Below are positions 8,992 through 17,865 of a stretch of 57,417 nucleotides of DNA, in pieces. The position numbers and the translations under genes are program-made. Each line of letters opens with the position of its first letter. The first letter of the stretch is position 1. The stretch covers positions 1-57,417 of the forward strand of contig JAGVZF010000034.1 of NCBI GenBank assembly GCA_018302785.1, read 5' to 3'. The notes beneath the pieces were generated by a model. It ran no database searches. It was given only the letters and a program-made list of their open reading frames with translations, and was not told where the DNA came from. Source of the stretch: Candidatus Woesearchaeota archaeon (GTDB taxonomy: Archaea > Nanobdellota > Nanobdellia > SCGC-AAA011-G17 > JAGVZF01).

Positions 8992-9888
8992 ATGAATTTT
9001 AGATCTAAAGTAGAAGCATCTTTTGAAAAGAACTATAAAAAGTTCATTTTTATACCTCTAGCAATATTAATTATTAGTATAATTCTAATCTTTATTCAAT
9101 ACCAAAGAACAGGAGATTTTCTTTACAAAGACATAAGCCTTAAAGGAGGCCTTTCAATAACAATAAACACAAACAATGATATAGATTTAAATGATCTAGA
9201 ATCAAAAATAACTTCTAAGTTCTCAAGTGCAGAGGCAATTGCCAGAAAATTAACAGATTTTAGCACAGCCCAGATTACAGGTATTAATATAGAAGCTTCT
9301 GGTGTAGAAGAAAAAGATCTTAAACCATTTTTAGAAGAATATTTTGCTTTAAAATTAACAAATGATAACTACTCAGTAGAAGAAGTTGGGGCCTCTTTAG
9401 GTTCTTCATTTTTTAAAGATTTAATTATATCTTTAATATTTGCTTTTATATTTATGGCAATTGTAGTATTTGTAATATACAGAAAATTTATTCCAGCTAT
9501 TACTGTAATATTAACAGCTTTAACTGATATAATTGCCACCTTAGCTGTAGTAAATTTACTTGGGATAAAAATTTCAACTGCTGGAATAGCAGCATTTCTA
9601 CTTTTAATAGGTTATTCAATAGATTCTGATATGCTATTAACAACTAAAATACTTAGAAGAAAATCTTCTTCTGCAATTTCTGAAATGTATAATGCAATGA
9701 AAACTGGTTTGATGATGACAATAACTACACTCGTAGCATTAGCTTTAAGCCTAATATTTACAAACTCAATTGTTATAAGGCAAATATTTAGTATAGCTCT
9801 AATTGGACTAATCATAGACATAATTGCAACTTATTTAGGCAATGGTCCTGTGTTATTATGGTACGCAAAGAAACATGAAACTAAATAA
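8992..9888 (+). CDS. secF: Protein translocase subunit SecF
   Basis: DISLKGG, VGASLG, AAFLLLIGYSIDSD motifs; 6 TM; adjacent to secD. Confidence 0.95.
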   Translation: MNFRSKVEASFEKNYKKFIFIPLAILIISIILIFIQYQRTGDFLYKDISLKGGLSITINTNNDIDLNDLESKITSKFSSAEAIARKLTDFSTAQITGINIEASGVEEKDLKPFLEEYFALKLTNDNYSVEEVGASLGSSFFKDLIISLIFAFIFMAIVVFVIYRKFIPAITVILTALTDIIATLAVVNLLGIKISTAGIAAFLLLIGYSIDSDMLLTTKILRRKSSSAISEMYNAMKTGLMMTITTLVALALSLIFTNSIVIRQIFSIALIGLIIDIIATYLGNGPVLLWYAKKHETK

Positions 9889-11443
9889 AATACTTAAGAA
9901 ATGGAGAGTAATAGTTTTAATATTAGCACTTTTAATTAGTTTGATTTCTATTAATTATCAATTTAATACAGAAGGAGTTATAATAAAAGGTGTAGAATTT
10001 AACTCAACTGCTTCATTAGCAGGAATTCCAACGCCATCACCAAATATAGCTCCCACAAACTATGAAAAAATTATAGCAGTTAATGGAAAAGAAATTAAGA
10101 CATTAGAAGATTACACAAAACTAGTTACAGAATCTCCTAATAACCAAGCATTAAGAATTCAAACAAATAAAAATAGTTATGCTATACTAAAATCAAATGC
10201 TTCATCTTTAGGAATTACTGTAGATAATGTTCCCACATCAAATATTAAAAAAGGACTTGAATTACAAGGAGGAACTAGAGTTTTATTAAAACCAGAATCT
10301 ACAATAACAGATCAAGACAGAGAAGATTTAATTCAAATCTTAGAAAATAGACTTAATACATATGGCTTAAGCGACATAAAAATAAAAAAAGCTAATGATC
10401 TTTCTGGGAATAAATATATTTCTGTTGAAATTGCTGGAGCTACAAAAACAGAAGTCAAAGACTTAGTAGCATCTCAAGGAAAATTCGAAGCTAAGATAGG
10501 AGATTCTATTGTTTTTGAAGGTGGTAAAAAAGACATAACATTTGTTTGTAGAAATGATGGAACATGCTCAGGAATAAGAGAATGTCAAGAATCTAGTGAA
10601 GGTCAAGTTTGTATTTTTGAATTTGCAATTACATTATCTGCTGATGCTGCTAAAAAACATGCTGAAATCACAAAAGATTTAGATATAAATATTTCATCAC
10701 AAGGAACAAAATATTTATCAAAAACTCTTGATTTATACCTAGATAATAATCAGGTTGATTCCTTACAAATAGGTGCCGACTTAAAAGGAAGAGAAGCTAC
10801 TCAAATAGCTATTTCTGGTCCTGGAATAGCTACAACAAAAGAAGAAGCTTCACAAAATGCATTAAAGAATATGAACAAGCTTCAAACAATTTTAATTACA
10901 GGATCGCTTCCATTTAAATTAGAAATAGTAAAAATAGATAATATTTCCCCAACATTAGGTTCTCAATTTGTTAAAAATGCTTTATTAATAGGAATTATTG
11001 CTTTAATTGCTGTAGCAATAACAATTTTCATAAGATACAGAAGCTTAAAGATTGTAATTCCAGTTTTTATTACTCAAATCTCTGAAATAATATTATTACT
11101 TGGATTTGCATCTTTATTTAAATATAATTTAGATTTAGCTGCAATAGCAGGAATTATTGCTGCCGTAGGTACAGGAGTAGATGATCAAATAGTTATGATA
11201 GACGAGATTAGAGCTAAAGGCTCAGAATCTTATGCATCAACTGTAAAAGAAAGAATAAAAAGAGCATTCTTCATTATAATGTCTGCTTGGGCTGTTGGTG
11301 TAGCTTCTATGCTTCCATTATTAAGAGCAGGAGCTGGATTATTAACAGGATTTGCCTTCACAACAATAGTAGGAATTTCAGTGGGAGTCTTTATAACAAG
11401 ACCTGCATTTGCATCTATTGTAGAAACTTTATTGGAAGAATAA
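9875..11443 (+). CDS. secD: Protein translocase subunit SecD with a PDZ-like insertion (probable start ATG 9875; ORF track gives 9842)
   Basis: GLELQGGT, RLN.YGL.D, ITGSLP, SPTLG, GIIAAVGTGVDDQI motifs; overlaps the secF end. Confidence 0.93.
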   Translation: MKLNKILKKWRVIVLILALLISLISINYQFNTEGVIIKGVEFNSTASLAGIPTPSPNIAPTNYEKIIAVNGKEIKTLEDYTKLVTESPNNQALRIQTNKNSYAILKSNASSLGITVDNVPTSNIKKGLELQGGTRVLLKPESTITDQDREDLIQILENRLNTYGLSDIKIKKANDLSGNKYISVEIAGATKTEVKDLVASQGKFEAKIGDSIVFEGGKKDITFVCRNDGTCSGIRECQESSEGQVCIFEFAITLSADAAKKHAEITKDLDINISSQGTKYLSKTLDLYLDNNQVDSLQIGADLKGREATQIAISGPGIATTKEEASQNALKNMNKLQTILITGSLPFKLEIVKIDNISPTLGSQFVKNALLIGIIALIAVAITIFIRYRSLKIVIPVFITQISEIILLLGFASLFKYNLDLAAIAGIIAAVGTGVDDQIVMIDEIRAKGSESYASTVKERIKRAFFIIMSAWAVGVASMLPLLRAGAGLLTGFAFTTIVGISVGVFITRPAFASIVETLLEE

Positions 11444-11445
11444 AC

Positions 11446-11487
11446 AAAAAGTTTATAAATAATCATTAAGATACATAGTTGGGGTGA
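11446..11487 (+). promoter_or_regulatory. BRE/TATA (11446-11460) and SD GGGGTGA (11481-11487) for the small ORF at 11494
   Basis: AAAAAGTTTATAAAT, then GGGGTGA 6 nt before the ATG. Confidence 0.7.
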
Positions 11488-11493
11488 TTATTT

Positions 11494-11643
11494 ATGCCAG
11501 CATCAAGTGAAATGTACATTCTTTATATATTATTAGGAGCTATTGCTGCAGTAATTTATTCTTTAAGAAGAATATATATACTAGAAAACAAAATTGAAGA
11601 TATGGAAGAAAACATATTGGCAGCATTAAAAAAGAGAAGATAA
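11494..11643 (+). CDS. Small single-TM protein with coiled-coil-like basic tail (49 aa; absent from ORF track)
   Basis: MPASSEMYILYILLGAIAAVIYSLRRIYILENKIEDMEENILAALKKRR*; own TATA and strong SD; fills the gap up to the next gene. Confidence 0.85.
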   Translation: MPASSEMYILYILLGAIAAVIYSLRRIYILENKIEDMEENILAALKKRR

Positions 11644-12471
11644 TTAGTACAAAGAATCTATTTTTTTTATTATATTTTCTTCTAACTTAATTTCTAAAGC
11701 TTTTATATTTTCTTCTAAATGTTTCTTATTTTTAGTTCCTGGAATTGGAATTGTATTTTTCCATTTATTAATAATCCAAGCTAAGGCTAATTGACTTACA
11801 CTTATTTTTAATTCATTAGCAATTTCAATGAGTTTCTCATTAGTTAACAATCTTCCACTTCCTAAAGGAAAATACGGAATAAATGCAATATTATTTTCAA
11901 TTAAATAAGGCAATAAATCTTCTTCATCTCTTTTATAAGCTAAATTAAAGTGATTTTGAACACTAACTACATTAACAATTTTCTGAGCTTCTTTTAATTG
12001 ATGTAAATCAAAATTACTAACCCCAATATTCTTAATTAAACCATTTTCTTGTAATTCCTTTAAAGCCTTAATACTTTCTTTTAATGGTATTTTTCTATCT
12101 GGGGCATGTAATTGATATAGTTCAATTTGTTTTAATTTTAATCTGTTTAAACTTCCTTTAATTGCTTCTTTAATATGTTCAGGTCTTCCATCTGTATCCC
12201 AATTTATTCCCCCAGGTCTTGTACATCCTGCTTTTGTTGCAATCAAAATCTTTTCTTTATCTTTTTCATTTAATGCTTTTCCAATTAATTCTTCATTTCT
12301 GCCCAAGCCATAAACATCTGCAGTATCAAAAAAATCAACTTCTAATTTAACAGCATGTTTTAATAATTCAATAGCATCTTTTTCTTCTGCTTTAGGTTTG
12401 TACTCATCTAAAGCCATAACTCCTAGACCTATTGCCTTGACAGTTCTCCCAGCAATTTTTCTTTTTTCCAT
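11644..12471 (-). CDS. Aldo/keto reductase
   Basis: GLGVM, FFDTADVYG, ATKAG, LYQLHAPD, IGVSNF, IPIPGT motifs. Confidence 0.95.
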   Translation of the reverse strand: MEKRKIAGRTVKAIGLGVMALDEYKPKAEEKDAIELLKHAVKLEVDFFDTADVYGLGRNEELIGKALNEKDKEKILIATKAGCTRPGGINWDTDGRPEHIKEAIKGSLNRLKLKQIELYQLHAPDRKIPLKESIKALKELQENGLIKNIGVSNFDLHQLKEAQKIVNVVSVQNHFNLAYKRDEEDLLPYLIENNIAFIPYFPLGSGRLLTNEKLIEIANELKISVSQLALAWIINKWKNTIPIPGTKNKKHLEENIKALEIKLEENIIKKIDSLY

Positions 12472-12510
12472 GCATATCTAAAGATATTAGTTTATTTAAG
12501 ATTATTGAAA

Positions 12511-12621
12511 CGCCGAAGCCAGGATTCGAACCTGGAAGTCCACAAGGACGCAGTTTTCGAGACTGAGCAATCATATTTAAAATATGATTTCTGCTGCCAT
12601 ACCAGATTAGGCGACTTCGGC
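12511..12621 (-). tRNA. tRNA-Ser (anticodon CGA) with a 28-nt intron in the 5' anticodon stem (best fit 30/31; intron 12563-12590)
   Basis: Acceptor GCCGAAG/CTTCGGC with G73; long variable arm GTCC-TTGT-GGAC; T-arm CCAGG-TTCGAAT-CCTGG. Removing 28 nt restores GCAGT-CT CGA AA-ACTGC. Confidence 0.92.
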
Positions 12622-12661
12622 ATCAAAAACCTTTAATATTTTTCTCTTATTAGCTTTAAAT

Positions 12662-13060
12662 ATGTTACCAAAGTATCATTTTTATATTGGATTAATAACT
12701 TCAATAGTTGTTTACTTTATCTCAGGATTTACTAATGCTTTATTATTCTTCATTGGATCTTTTCTAATTGACACAGATCATTACATAGCTTTTGTATTTA
12801 AAGAAAAAAATTGGTCTTTAATGAAATCTTATTTCTATTGGAAATATCTAAATTATCCTTATGATGAATTAATGATCTTTCATACAATAGAAATATGGAT
12901 TTTACTTTTAATTATAGGTCTTTTAATAAATCCAGTACTTTTTATGTTAGCTGGAATGTTATATCATGAATTATTTGATATTTATGATATGCATAAAAGA
13001 AAATTATTCAATGCTAGAGCAATTTCTTTATTTGCTTGGGCAACTAGAAATCTAAAATAA
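12662..13060 (+). CDS. Membrane-bound putative metal-dependent hydrolase (YdjM-like)
   Basis: N-terminal His, GSFLIDTDH, FHT and HELFD motifs among TM helices. Confidence 0.6.
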   Translation: MLPKYHFYIGLITSIVVYFISGFTNALLFFIGSFLIDTDHYIAFVFKEKNWSLMKSYFYWKYLNYPYDELMIFHTIEIWILLLIIGLLINPVLFMLAGMLYHELFDIYDMHKRKLFNARAISLFAWATRNLK

Positions 13061-13063
13061 ACA

Positions 13064-13113
13064 GAAAAGCTTATAAATACTAATTTCAATCTTTATAAAA
13101 AAATAAGAGGTGA
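13064..13113 (+). promoter_or_regulatory. BRE/TATA (13064-13078) and SD GAGGTGA (13107-13113) for the gene at 13118
   Basis: GAAAAGCTTATAAAT; GAGGTGA 4 nt before the GTG. Confidence 0.65.
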
Positions 13114-13117
13114 GATT

Positions 13118-14278
13118 GTGAAAAATCAAAAAACATTATTAATAATTTCGATATCAATTCTATTTCTATTAAGTTTTATTGTTATAGGAAGTTTAAGTGC
13201 AAATGCAGCTACATCTTCTTCTTCAAAATGTAGTGATTCTGATGGAGGATTAAATTATGTTGTAAAGGGTACAGTAAGAGCTATAAATGGTACAAATGTA
13301 ACATACAGCACAGATTATTGTTTACCATGGGGGGATAATACGCTTGGAGAGTATTACTGTTCTAATGGAATTGCAAGAGAACAATACTATACATGCGAAA
13401 ATTTAGGGCCTAATTATATATGTACAAATGGTAGATGTGCAACTAATGGCACTACAAACCAGACACCAACACGTTTTAAAAGTCCAACTAATCCCCCAAT
13501 AAGAATGGTAAATACAACAACATGTAACATATGGGCAGTTCCTAGTCAAGGCATTGGTCCATTTACAAGTAACATTTCAGCAAGATTTGGAAATGTAACA
13601 GATCAATTCCCATTTACTGCAACTCTTAAATGTAATTCAAATGATGCAGGTATAGGCATTCCAGTTTGGTTAAATGACCAAATTATTTCAAGGCTTTGTA
13701 ATTATCCACAAGTAAACATACAAACTATTTTTACGGCAAGTGCATCAGGCGCAGGAGCAACTTGTACCACATCGGTTTTTGACAATCCACGACCACAAAC
13801 TTGTGTAGATACAGATGGTGGTAGAAATTATGGAGTTAGAGGTATAACTTATACAAACTATACACAAAATTACACAGATACATGTCAAGACAATTTAAAA
13901 TTAAGAGAATATTGGTGTTCAGGCAACTATGTAGCAAATGAAATTGTAATTTGTAGAAATGTTGGCTTCAAAAAATGTAGTCTTGGAAGATGTATAAACC
14001 CAAGTAATCCGACATTAACAGAACCACAAACATCAACAAAGTCAAGATTTTTCTTATGGGGATTACTAGACATCTTTAGAGGAAAAGTAACAGGTAATGC
14101 AGTAATGGATAGACAGAATCCACAAGAAACTAATATCTTTAATTGGTTAGTATTAGGAGTAATCTTGGTAGCAGGAATAATGTTATATAATAAAAGACAG
14201 TCTACATCAACAACAGAAGTAAAAGAAAGAAGATCTGAAACATCAAAATCTAGATCTCAAAGATCAAGAAGAAGATAA
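13118..14278 (+). CDS. Cys-rich surface protein with two CxD(S/T)DGG domains, C-terminal TM and Arg/Ser-rich tail
   Basis: CSDSDGGLNY..KG...D.C....L.EYYC and CVDTDGGRNY..RG...D.C...LREYWC; many sequons; GTG start with SD. Confidence 0.8.
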   Translation: MKNQKTLLIISISILFLLSFIVIGSLSANAATSSSSKCSDSDGGLNYVVKGTVRAINGTNVTYSTDYCLPWGDNTLGEYYCSNGIAREQYYTCENLGPNYICTNGRCATNGTTNQTPTRFKSPTNPPIRMVNTTTCNIWAVPSQGIGPFTSNISARFGNVTDQFPFTATLKCNSNDAGIGIPVWLNDQIISRLCNYPQVNIQTIFTASASGAGATCTTSVFDNPRPQTCVDTDGGRNYGVRGITYTNYTQNYTDTCQDNLKLREYWCSGNYVANEIVICRNVGFKKCSLGRCINPSNPTLTEPQTSTKSRFFLWGLLDIFRGKVTGNAVMDRQNPQETNIFNWLVLGVILVAGIMLYNKRQSTSTTEVKERRSETSKSRSQRSRRR

Positions 14279-14304
14279 TTTTTTTCTTTTTTATATATTC
14301 ATTT

Positions 14305-14907
14305 TTACTTGTTTAAAACTAAGAATTTATTATTATTCTTCAATTTTTCATATTGTTTCTTATCTCTAAACTTAATTACTTTAGCAGGATTTCCACCAAT
14401 AATAGCTAAATCAAGAACATCCTTAGTAACAACGCTTCCTAATCCAATAATAGAACCTTCTCCAATTGTAACTCCAGGAACTATACTAACTCTACTTCCT
14501 ATCCACACATTATCCTTTATTATAACAGGCTTATGAACTTTTTCTTTTCCAAAAGGTAATATCTCTTTATTATAATCATGATTCCAAGTATAAATTAATA
14601 ATCCTCCAGACAAACTACAATTACTTCCAATAGTTAATCCACCTTCTGCAGAAATAAAACAATCTGGTCCTAAATAAACATTACTCCCAATTATAATTTT
14701 TTCAGGATGACTTATATTAGTAGGTTGTGAAATCCTAACATTAGTACCAACAGATTTCAAATTAGATACTAACAAGTCATTCTTCATTAATCTATAGTAA
14801 GATAATATTTTATTTTCAACCCAAAAATAAACTTCATTAAAATATCTCCAAGTAACTCTCAAAAATCTATTTCTATAAAAAAGATTAAATAAATTAAATA
14901 ATTTCAT
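14305..14907 (-). CDS. Hexapeptide-repeat (LbH) sugar acyltransferase
   Basis: NHDY...PVII.DNVWIG....PGVTIGEGSIIG.GSVVTKDV...GGNPAK. Confidence 0.9.
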   Translation of the reverse strand: MKLFNLFNLFYRNRFLRVTWRYFNEVYFWVENKILSYYRLMKNDLLVSNLKSVGTNVRISQPTNISHPEKIIIGSNVYLGPDCFISAEGGLTIGSNCSLSGGLLIYTWNHDYNKEILPFGKEKVHKPVIIKDNVWIGSRVSIVPGVTIGEGSIIGLGSVVTKDVLDLAIIGGNPAKVIKFRDKKQYEKLKNNNKFLVLNK

Positions 14908-15010
14908 TTTAACTCTTACACTCGGAATTCACTTCATTTCAATAAATATTTATCTTCATCAAATCTTATTATAAAAAGTTTTAAAAACCTTCCTAATAAC
15001 TCATAAATTA

Positions 15011-15439
15011 ATGGAAAGTTCTAAGCACAGTTGGTTAAAATTAACACTAATTTCATTATTATTCAACCTTATTTTATATCCATTTGTAAAATATTCAAAT
15101 AATTTAGGTGTATCTAGCTCAGTTGCCTTAGTTATGTATTTTGTATTTGCTAGCTTAGGAATGATAATTTATCATATAAAAAAGAAAACTAACTTAAAGA
15201 TAGATAAAAAAACTTTTGCAATAGTAATCTTAACAACTCTGTTTATGTTAGTAACTAATTTATCTATGTGGCAGGCAGTTGTTATTGCTCCAAATATAGG
15301 ATATCCTATCTTAATTACACAAGCTTCAATGATACTAATAACATTATATGCAGCCATATTTCAAAAAGAAGAATTTAATATCAAAAAAATACTATCAGTA
15401 ACATTAATTTTCATAGGGATTGTCATAGTGATGTTATAA
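15011..15439 (+). CDS. Half-size EamA/DMT transporter
   Basis: 5 TM; APNIGYP loop; F.KEEFN..K...V.LI..GI ending. Confidence 0.8.
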   Translation: MESSKHSWLKLTLISLLFNLILYPFVKYSNNLGVSSSVALVMYFVFASLGMIIYHIKKKTNLKIDKKTFAIVILTTLFMLVTNLSMWQAVVIAPNIGYPILITQASMILITLYAAIFQKEEFNIKKILSVTLIFIGIVIVML

Positions 15440-15855
15440 TGAATTGGATTTTGTTATCATTAATTGCAATGTTTTTTAATTTCGTAGTATTTATTTTAAT
15501 AAGAAAACTAACAAAAAGAATGTCATCAAGTGTAATGTCTCTTTATTTATTTGGAATCTCAGCTATCTATTTAATAATAACAAACTTAATTTTAGAAGAA
15601 TCTTATTCTATGCCAAAAATAGCATTTTTATTATTAACTACTGCAGGATTAGCAGGAAGTATAGTCTACTTAGTTTTATACAAAGCAATTAGCATCGCTC
15701 CAAATATAGGATATCCTGTAGCTGTATTTTCTTTACATATTGTAATAACTACAATAATATCTGCCTTATTTCTTGGCACAAGTCTAACTCTAATTAAATT
15801 TATTGGAGTAATAATTGCTGCAGCAGGTATTATCTCATTAATACTTTGGAAATAA
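15439..15855 (+). CDS. Half-size EamA/DMT transporter, paralog of the upstream gene
   Basis: 5 TM; YKAISIAPNIGYP; FLG..LT..KFIG; TAATG stop/start overlap. Confidence 0.85.
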   Translation: MNWILLSLIAMFFNFVVFILIRKLTKRMSSSVMSLYLFGISAIYLIITNLILEESYSMPKIAFLLLTTAGLAGSIVYLVLYKAISIAPNIGYPVAVFSLHIVITTIISALFLGTSLTLIKFIGVIIAAAGIISLILWK

Positions 15856-15865
15856 TCAGCTTTTC

Positions 15866-15943
15866 TTACTTTTCAAAACATGTTCTATAATCAAATGGTT
15901 TAGTTCTAACAGGTTCTCCACCCAAAATTGCTAATTTACTCAT
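15866..15943 (-). pseudogene. 5' remnant of a DegT-family aminotransferase gene
   Basis: ATGA-coupled to 15940..17010; reads MSKLAILGGEPVRTKPFDYRTCFEK*EK versus MSKLAIFGGEPIRKKPFQYLPDYDEKEEK of 25905..27128. Confidence 0.8.
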
Positions 15944-17010
15944 CTTAGCAACCTCCCATCTTTTGTAAAGCTTGTCTCTCTTGCCTTTACTTTTCTTAAT
16001 ATATCATTTAAAGGTAATTTAACCTTTACATTTCCCCCAAAATCATGAGATTCATAAAATGCCATTGCTATTTCCAGTGCTGCTTTTCCATCATATCCAC
16101 TTTCTTGATTAATTTCATTCTTATTTAATGCTTCAACTATATTCTTAACAGCATTTAAATATGGAGATAAACTTTTAACTTCTTCTATTTTATCTTCTTT
16201 TAATTCATAAATTCCACTTTCTCCTTCACTACTTTCAATTTTAAATAATTCTATATTTTTTCCACTTCTAATCATTCCACCAACACTTAATATTCCTTTA
16301 CTTCCAATTAAATCAACTTTAAAATGACAATAGTCTCTCCATCTACAATCAAATGTTGCATGCACCCCATTCTTAAATCCAATAACACCATAAGCTCCAG
16401 GATCAGTAGTTTCATCATGCAAAATTTTACCGCTCACCCATTCAGCATCTCCAACATAATATCTTAACAAATCAAATAAATGACTTCCCCCATTTAACAA
16501 TCCAACAGTAGCATAACTATCAACTTTTTGTATCTCTCCAATCTTTCCAGAATCTAATAATTTTTTTGCTAAAATAAAAGAATTATCAAACCTTCTTGTA
16601 TGATCTATAACTAAGTGAACATTATTATTCTTACAAGTCTCAATCATTTCATCACATTCTTTTAAACTCATCGCCATTGGCTTTTCACAAAAAATAGCCT
16701 TTACACCTTTTTCACATGCATACAAACAAATATCTCTATGACTATCATTATGTGTACAAATGCTTAAAATGTCGATGTCCTCTTTATCAAACATTTCCTT
16801 ATAATCAGTATATAATTTATCAATACCACTATCTTTTCTAAAATCTTCTAATCTATCATTATTAATATCACAACCAGCAATTAATTCTATATTATCATGA
16901 GCTAAATAACATCCTGTATGAGATGCAGGCTTATTTTTTATTTTTGGGTCCCTATCAAATAAGTTTCCTATTCTACCTAATCCAACAATTGCAGCTTTGT
17001 AAATAACCAT
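15940..17010 (-). CDS. Gfo/Idh/MocA-family oxidoreductase (NDP-sugar dehydrogenase)
   Basis: VGLGRIG, AIFCEKPMA, HTRRF, SHLFD motifs. Confidence 0.92.
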   Translation of the reverse strand: MVIYKAAIVGLGRIGNLFDRDPKIKNKPASHTGCYLAHDNIELIAGCDINNDRLEDFRKDSGIDKLYTDYKEMFDKEDIDILSICTHNDSHRDICLYACEKGVKAIFCEKPMAMSLKECDEMIETCKNNNVHLVIDHTRRFDNSFILAKKLLDSGKIGEIQKVDSYATVGLLNGGSHLFDLLRYYVGDAEWVSGKILHDETTDPGAYGVIGFKNGVHATFDCRWRDYCHFKVDLIGSKGILSVGGMIRSGKNIELFKIESSEGESGIYELKEDKIEEVKSLSPYLNAVKNIVEALNKNEINQESGYDGKAALEIAMAFYESHDFGGNVKVKLPLNDILRKVKARETSFTKDGRLLR

Positions 17011-17245
17011 ATTAGTAATAATCCAGAAACATTTATAAAGCTTTTACTAGAGATTAAATAAATAGTTATTACATATTTAATTTCTTTAAGTCTTAGAAAC
17101 GTGCTAGAGTTCCCATAATCATTTGCTTTAAAATTTATTATTCATACAGCAAGCTTTAAATAATTATTCAAAACAATAGTATCAATGATAAAAATAGAGA
17201 ATTATTGTTCTATATTATTTATAACAACAGAAAGGCAAGCCAAAA

Positions 17246-17842
17246 ATGTATGACGAAAAAAATTATGATCCTTCATTTGTATCATCTAAAGCAATAATAG
17301 GAAAAGGTACAACAATATTTAGATGCAGTGTAATAAGAGAAGACGTCCAAATAGGTGAAAATTGTGATATTAGAAATTTTGTCTATATAGACAGAGGGGT
17401 TATTATAGGTAAGAATGTAAAAATTATGGACGGTACATACATGTATAGAGGAATAAGAATAGAAGATAATGTTTTCATTGGTCCAAAAGTTTTATTCTTA
17501 AATGATAAACATCCACGTAGAGATAAAATAAGAGATTTAAAAAATATTGAATGGGTAGTAAAAAAGAATGCATCTATTGGGGCAGGATCAGTAATTCAAT
17601 CTGATATAACATTAGGGGAATATTCATTAGTAGGTGCAGGTTCTGTAGTAATGAAAGATGTCCCTCCATTTGGGCTAGTCTATGGAAATCCTGCAAAACT
17701 TAAGACCTTTGTTTGCAGAAATGCCCATCCTTTAAAGATTTCAACATTTATTCAGACCAAAGATAATGTTTCTTTTAAATGTAAGATATGCAATGACTAT
17801 ATAGAAATAGAAAAAAGCGATTTTCTAAAACTATCAGTATAA
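17246..17842 (+). CDS. WbpD/FdtC-like LbH N-acetyltransferase with C-terminal Cys/His ribbon
   Basis: IEDNVFIGP...F.ND.HPR, ASIGAG, GAGSVV.KDVP...VYGNPA, C..H...C..C tail. Confidence 0.88.
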   Translation: MYDEKNYDPSFVSSKAIIGKGTTIFRCSVIREDVQIGENCDIRNFVYIDRGVIIGKNVKIMDGTYMYRGIRIEDNVFIGPKVLFLNDKHPRRDKIRDLKNIEWVVKKNASIGAGSVIQSDITLGEYSLVGAGSVVMKDVPPFGLVYGNPAKLKTFVCRNAHPLKISTFIQTKDNVSFKCKICNDYIEIEKSDFLKLSV

Positions 17843-17865
17843 ATAATTTCAAACGGATATAAAAA

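Noticed and set aside
11420-11443. SecD ends in -EE, like the RimK substrate bS6
   Set aside because: A two-residue coincidence; nothing links SecD to the RimK module.
17185-17253. 22-aa ORF (MIKIENYCSILFITTERQAKNV) overlapping the acetyltransferase start
   Set aside because: It follows a TATA-like element but has no recognisable features; could be chance or a decayed N-terminus.
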